A stretch of 64,000 bases of DNA from Octopus vulgaris (Eukaryota): the NCBI GenBank assembly GCA_951406725.2, contig OX597835.1, positions 49,290,001 to 49,354,000 on the forward strand, read 5' to 3'. The notes beneath the pieces are model-generated. The model was not told where the DNA came from, did not search any database, and was given only the letters and a program-made list of their open reading frames with translations. Shown here piece after piece: positions 58,193 through 64,000 of the stretch. Numbering within the stretch: the stretch's first letter is position 1; the number at the start of each line of letters is the position of its first letter. The position numbers and the translations under genes are program-made.

Positions 58193-59274
58193 AATGTATG
58201 AATATGCGCGCTTAGTAATTGAATAAACTATTCATAGAGATATGGATTGGCGACTTAAAATAAAAATTCAAAGGATAAAACGTGGGTGTCCATATATTTT
58301 ATTAAAGAAAATGAGTCCGACAAAATACATTTGTTTCGCTCCAGGGCACATTACAGATACTCGCAAAATACGTATACTTGTATATGTATGCAAGTGTGTC
58401 TGTGTGTGTTTTATATAATAAAGAAAGAAAGAAAGAAAGAAAGATGAGGGGCATAAAATGAAATCCATGAGACTTTACTGAGATGCACTACGATCATTTC
58501 GACCCATCGTGGACCCGTTCCTTACAAGTGAGATGCTGTACACTCAATCGTCTTGCATCATTGGTGCAGATGCGTCTCCTCAGGTGACTTTTTAAGCAAT
58601 GCGTGTCATGCTAATAAACTAACTCCAAATTGAAAAAAGAATAAGAACTGTCAGCAGACAAACAAAGAGGAATGGCGAATGACAAGTGGAGAGAGAGAGA
58701 AACAGGGGAACAGACAAAACTGGCGGGGTGGGAGGCTTGCCTAATGACTAAGTCACTCAATACTTACTAAAGATAGCACAGCCCCACTTCTATGCCTTTT
58801 CGCTGACTTTCGTTTCATAGCCTATCTCTCTCTAAACAATTAGATTAGCCCCAAGGCAAAAAGCGAGCAATCTCTAAAACGCATCCCTTTATATGTATCA
58901 CTTATTGGCCGCCGATATATATATATTTATAATGTATATTTCGCTAGATGGCTGTATATTTATATATATGAGTGTGTGTGTGTGTGTACATAGGTGTGTG
59001 TGTGTGCGTATGTATGTATATGTGTATATATATGTATATATTAATATGAATGTGTATGTATGTGTGTGTATGTATGTATATATATATAGGGATAGATAGA
59101 TAGATAGATATAGATATTGAAAGATACAGATAAGGAAATAATTTTATTTTCAAACGCAGGATAGTGCTAATTATATAGCATGAACAGGATAAACTATCCA
59201 TATTTTGCAGAAAAATACCTGTCGGCGACCAGCCATGAGGCACGAACTCACATCTCTATGATTACGCGTCAGGT

Positions 59275-59331
<57 letters not shown>

Positions 59332-59669
59332 CTGTGGCCATGCTGGGGCACTGCCTTTAGTCGAGCAAATCGACCCCGGACTTATTCTTTGTAAGACTAG
59401 TACATATTCTATCGCTTTCTTTTGCCGAACCGCTAGTTTACGGGGACGTAAACACAATTGATTGCAAAGCATCTAACATGCAAGGTACCGGTGCAGTTTA
59501 AGTCGAAACGATCGTAGTGACTCTCAATAAAGAATTCCGGGAACTTTTTTTTTAAAAAATCTACAAACAAAAAGGAATTTATGAAGTTAATCTTGTTATT
59601 GACATCAGGTTGCCGAATGCAATGGACGGGCTTTAAACAGCATACTACGAGGTGCCTACCCGATTATAA

Positions 59670-59722
<53 letters not shown>

Positions 59723-60113
59723 GTATTATTGTTGTTGTTGTTAATATTATTACACAAACGTAGACGTTTGTGTGTGTGTCTCTGTGCATATGTGTATATG
59801 TTAAGAAAATATTTAATTTCATAAATATGTTGGCGATAATGATAATGATGATTCTTGCTGTGTTGATCACTGTTCATATCATTTGATAAACAAAATGATA
59901 ATACTAATTAATATCCCAAAATAATGAAATAACAGCCACGACCCATATATGGTGGCTGTAGGGCATTTCCTGGGTATGACGATGGCGACGGTGTTGATGA
60001 GGATGATGAATGTGGTGGTGGTGGTGGTGGTGGATATGATGATAATGAGGTGGATGATTATGATCTGTAGAATAATAATAATATTTGTAACGATAACGGT
60101 TATGATTAAAAGC

Positions 60114-60218
<105 letters not shown>

Positions 60219-60347
60219 TACATATACACAAACACACATACCATATGCCCATACATTTACTTCTGCTAACACATATGTCTATATTTATACATATGTGTGA
60301 GCGCATTTATTCATGCACATAGATGAATATATGCGTGTGTATAAAGT

Positions 60348-60396
<49 letters not shown>

Positions 60397-60529
60397 TTAT
60401 ATATTTATATATATATATTATATATAGAGATATATATGACGTGAATTTGCTACCCTGGTAACGGTTCATTGAATTTTCCATGTTAACGTTAAACATAGGA
60501 TAAATAGGATAATTCATTCACCCACTGAA

Positions 60530-60608
<79 letters not shown>

Positions 60609-60665
60609 TAAATATATATATATGTATACATATACATATATAGAAAAGGCATTCATATTTACATA

Positions 60666-60696
<31 letters not shown>

Positions 60697-60919
60697 GGTG
60701 TGTATATTTATATATATATATAATAGATGTATGTAATATATATAGATATTGGTCATGTGTGTCTGTTTGCATGTGCGTGTATGTGCGTGCGCGTGACTGA
60801 GTATGGCAAACAGTATATAATATACGTCTCCTGACATCACTGGTAATCATGAATGACAATTGCATTAAGCAGGACTCAATTACTTGAGGACGCCTGGCAC
60901 AACAACAACAACAATCATG

Positions 60920-60951
<32 letters not shown>

Positions 60952-61029
60952 GATTTATGAAACACTTTAATTTGAAATAAAGTAGATGTCACCATGGCGC
61001 TTACATATATGTGTGAATGTGTGTGTACT

Positions 61030-61123
<94 letters not shown>

Positions 61124-61223
61124 ATATATAGTCACTCACATGCATATGAATGCGAGTATATATGTGTGTTTGTGTGTATGAATACATGAATGTATATACA
61201 TGCAATGTACGCCTCCATAATAT

Positions 61224-61259
<36 letters not shown>

Positions 61260-61488
61260 GCGCGCAAATACACTCATATTCTCATGCATATGCACAAGTA
61301 TATGCACGTAGGCCCACCCAGAGATTGTTTGCTACATGTGACGTTAGTGGAATTTGAACTCGGGACGTTACCATTCGTAAACGAATACCACAAAACATTT
61401 CAACCAAGTGTCTGTGACTATGGTCTTCTGCATCGCGTAATATACATAAACAAATACGAACTAGAGGCTGTGGTGGTGGTGGTAGTAA

Positions 61489-61526
<38 letters not shown>

Positions 61527-62338
61527 AAAAGGTTATTTGCTTTTATTATAGAAGAGCATATTCTGTGGTATGCATGTGTGTGTGTGTGTGTGTATGTGTG
61601 TGATAATTAGATATATATATATATATTGTATATGTATGTGTGGAAGTGCATGTAGGTAGGTAGATAGATAGACAGATAGATAGAGAAATAGGTATATATA
61701 TCAGTATATGTTAAATCATGCATATATAAATATAATTGTTTTATTAAATATGGATAAGAGAAATGCATTAATCAGATTAACATAAAATAGTATCACATTA
61801 TATATATATGTGAGTGTGTGTGTGTGGGGGTGTGTGTGTAAATATTTATTTTATAAAATAATATTAGGTAAAATGGAAAATAAGTAGCCATCACATTAAT
61901 ATTGTACTTGCTGGATATTGTCAATATCTAGCTAGAAATGTCTGTGTGCTTATATATATATATTGTGTGTAAATATAAATATCTATATATTTATGACTAT
62001 ATGCATTTATATATGTTTGTATATAATCACAGACACGTACACACACATATAGTAATATTTATACACACACACACACACACACACACACATTCATGTACGG
62101 GCACAGAGTATAGACATTGTCTATATCATTAAGCAACGATCGCAGCGAGGATCGAACCATTAATCTATATATAACCAGCCCTAATGAACTCCGCTGGGAG
62201 GAGATTTTGCCATTTAAGAAGCCAAGAAAAACAATTCACTTGCAATACAAAACCTTCATAGATAGAAAGATAGAAAGATAAATAGATAGATATGAACATA
62301 TATGTATAAATATATGTTTACATACATATATACACATA

Positions 62339-62440
<102 letters not shown>

Positions 62441-63384
62441 TGTGTGTACAGGCATATGTAAGTATTACATACGCATACATCTATATTCACATATTCAGAT
62501 ACCACTTATAAAACAAAAAAGCGAACCCCACCGAAAAAATAAAAAAACAAAACAAAAGCAAAAGCAATGCAAACAACAGCCTTGTCTACCCATGATGGTA
62601 CTTTTCAATTCGATAAACAGTCCACCCTTATCATCCCACCCCATTATTGACTGCCTCTCTTAAACATCGAACCAGCTTGCTTGATGTTTCGTGAAGGCAT
62701 TTCCTAATTGAATGAGGTTCTCCTTTTGATGTTGACACCGCTTCTATGGTGTATGTCTGTCCGTGTATGTTTATGTATGGGTATCACTGTATAGAAATGT
62801 GTGTGTTTGTGCTTTTATCTATGCGTGTGTATTTTTTGTAGCGATGTGATTGTGTGTATGTGTGTGTGTCTAAATGTATGTGTGTGAATATCTTTGTGTT
62901 TGCCTTTGTGTTAGTGTTTTTAAGTGTGTGCGTGTGTGTGTTTGTATGCACGTGTATACATATCTAAATATGTGTGTGTATGCCAGTATGCGTGTACATA
63001 TTTAAATGTGTGTGCGTGTGTGTGTGAGTGTGCGCGCATAATTTTGTTCGTTGGTATGTATGTATATATAGATGTATATATATTTTCATATACCTATATA
63101 CATTCATTAGTGTATCTGTGCACATACATGTTTATGTACATGTGTTGATATTGTTTAGGTGAAATGAAGAATGACTTAGTGGATCTACCACAAAAGACGC
63201 TCCAGCCATGGACACTTCATCATTTTGTGGGACATACTGGATAATATGTCCTTCTTTTGTTAACAGAGCACTATAAGAATTAATGGAGATTTCGCTATTA
63301 TTTCTGGGTTCATCTCTATACATGCGCCTGCATTTTTCTCACTATATACAATGTATATATTTTTTAATGTCAGTATATGTATAA

Positions 63385-63436
<52 letters not shown>

Positions 63437-63705
63437 ATACGCACACACACACACACACACGTACGGAGGGAGGTATATGTGTGTAGAAAAAGAACATATG
63501 TCTTTCTAATTCTACACATGATGTATAAGCGCGGAGATTGTCGATGTGAGTGCTCAAGAGATAATTTTAAATTTATTGAAGTGGTTAGCTCTACATATAC
63601 AATGCCTATATGCTTAGCTTATACCATGCTTTCGCAAATTGTTTTTGGTGCCTACATAGTCGTGATCTGACATAAGCACTCTGTCGGTTCTCACTCCTCT
63701 ATATA

Positions 63706-63748
<43 letters not shown>

Positions 63749-64000
63749 GCGTCTTTGTGCGTATGTGTGAAGGAACTACAGAAAACAATATCAGTGAAAA
63801 TTTTTTCTACATCTGTTTCAATAATTCCTAAGTAACAGGATTATTGCATGGTTTCTTAGAAATGTCTCATCAAGAATACTTTTTTAAATATAAGCCCCTA
63901 TATAAGTTGGAAACTCAAGCAAGAAACGAAAAAAAAAAGAAATATAAAAATAATAACAAGTAGAAATAGAGAGCCAAAATATAAATTATAGAAATTGTTT

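Overview
AT-rich eukaryotic (metazoan) DNA. The SINE and microsatellite landscape suggests an octopod cephalopod, but this is inferred from recalled repeat types, not from a search. Most of the window is microsatellite (TA, TG, TATC, ATT, TAG) and interspersed repeats: at least five SINE or SINE-like families, two decayed DD37D (maT) transposons, a mariner fragment, a hAT MITE, a CR1 3' end and Penelope-like pieces. Nearly all ORFs in the supplied track are microsatellite artefacts. The one host coding segment I can support is the first coding exon of the COE/EBF (Collier) transcription factor at 44702-44838 (+). It lies in a SINE-poor putative promoter/5'UTR block and is followed by an intron of more than 19 kb; I did not find exon 2. 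Main leads: (i) a uORF whose stop overlaps the COE start (TGATG) in a hairpin-rich leader; (ii) several different hammerhead-ribozyme motifs on short inserts; (iii) a Meta-domain SINE variant that appears to insert repeatedly at one site inside older relatives; (iv) a 146-bp spacerless palindrome in the COE intron; (v) a ~158-bp inverted repeat flanking a young SINE. Repeat boundaries were read by eye and are approximate unless a TSD or TIR is quoted.
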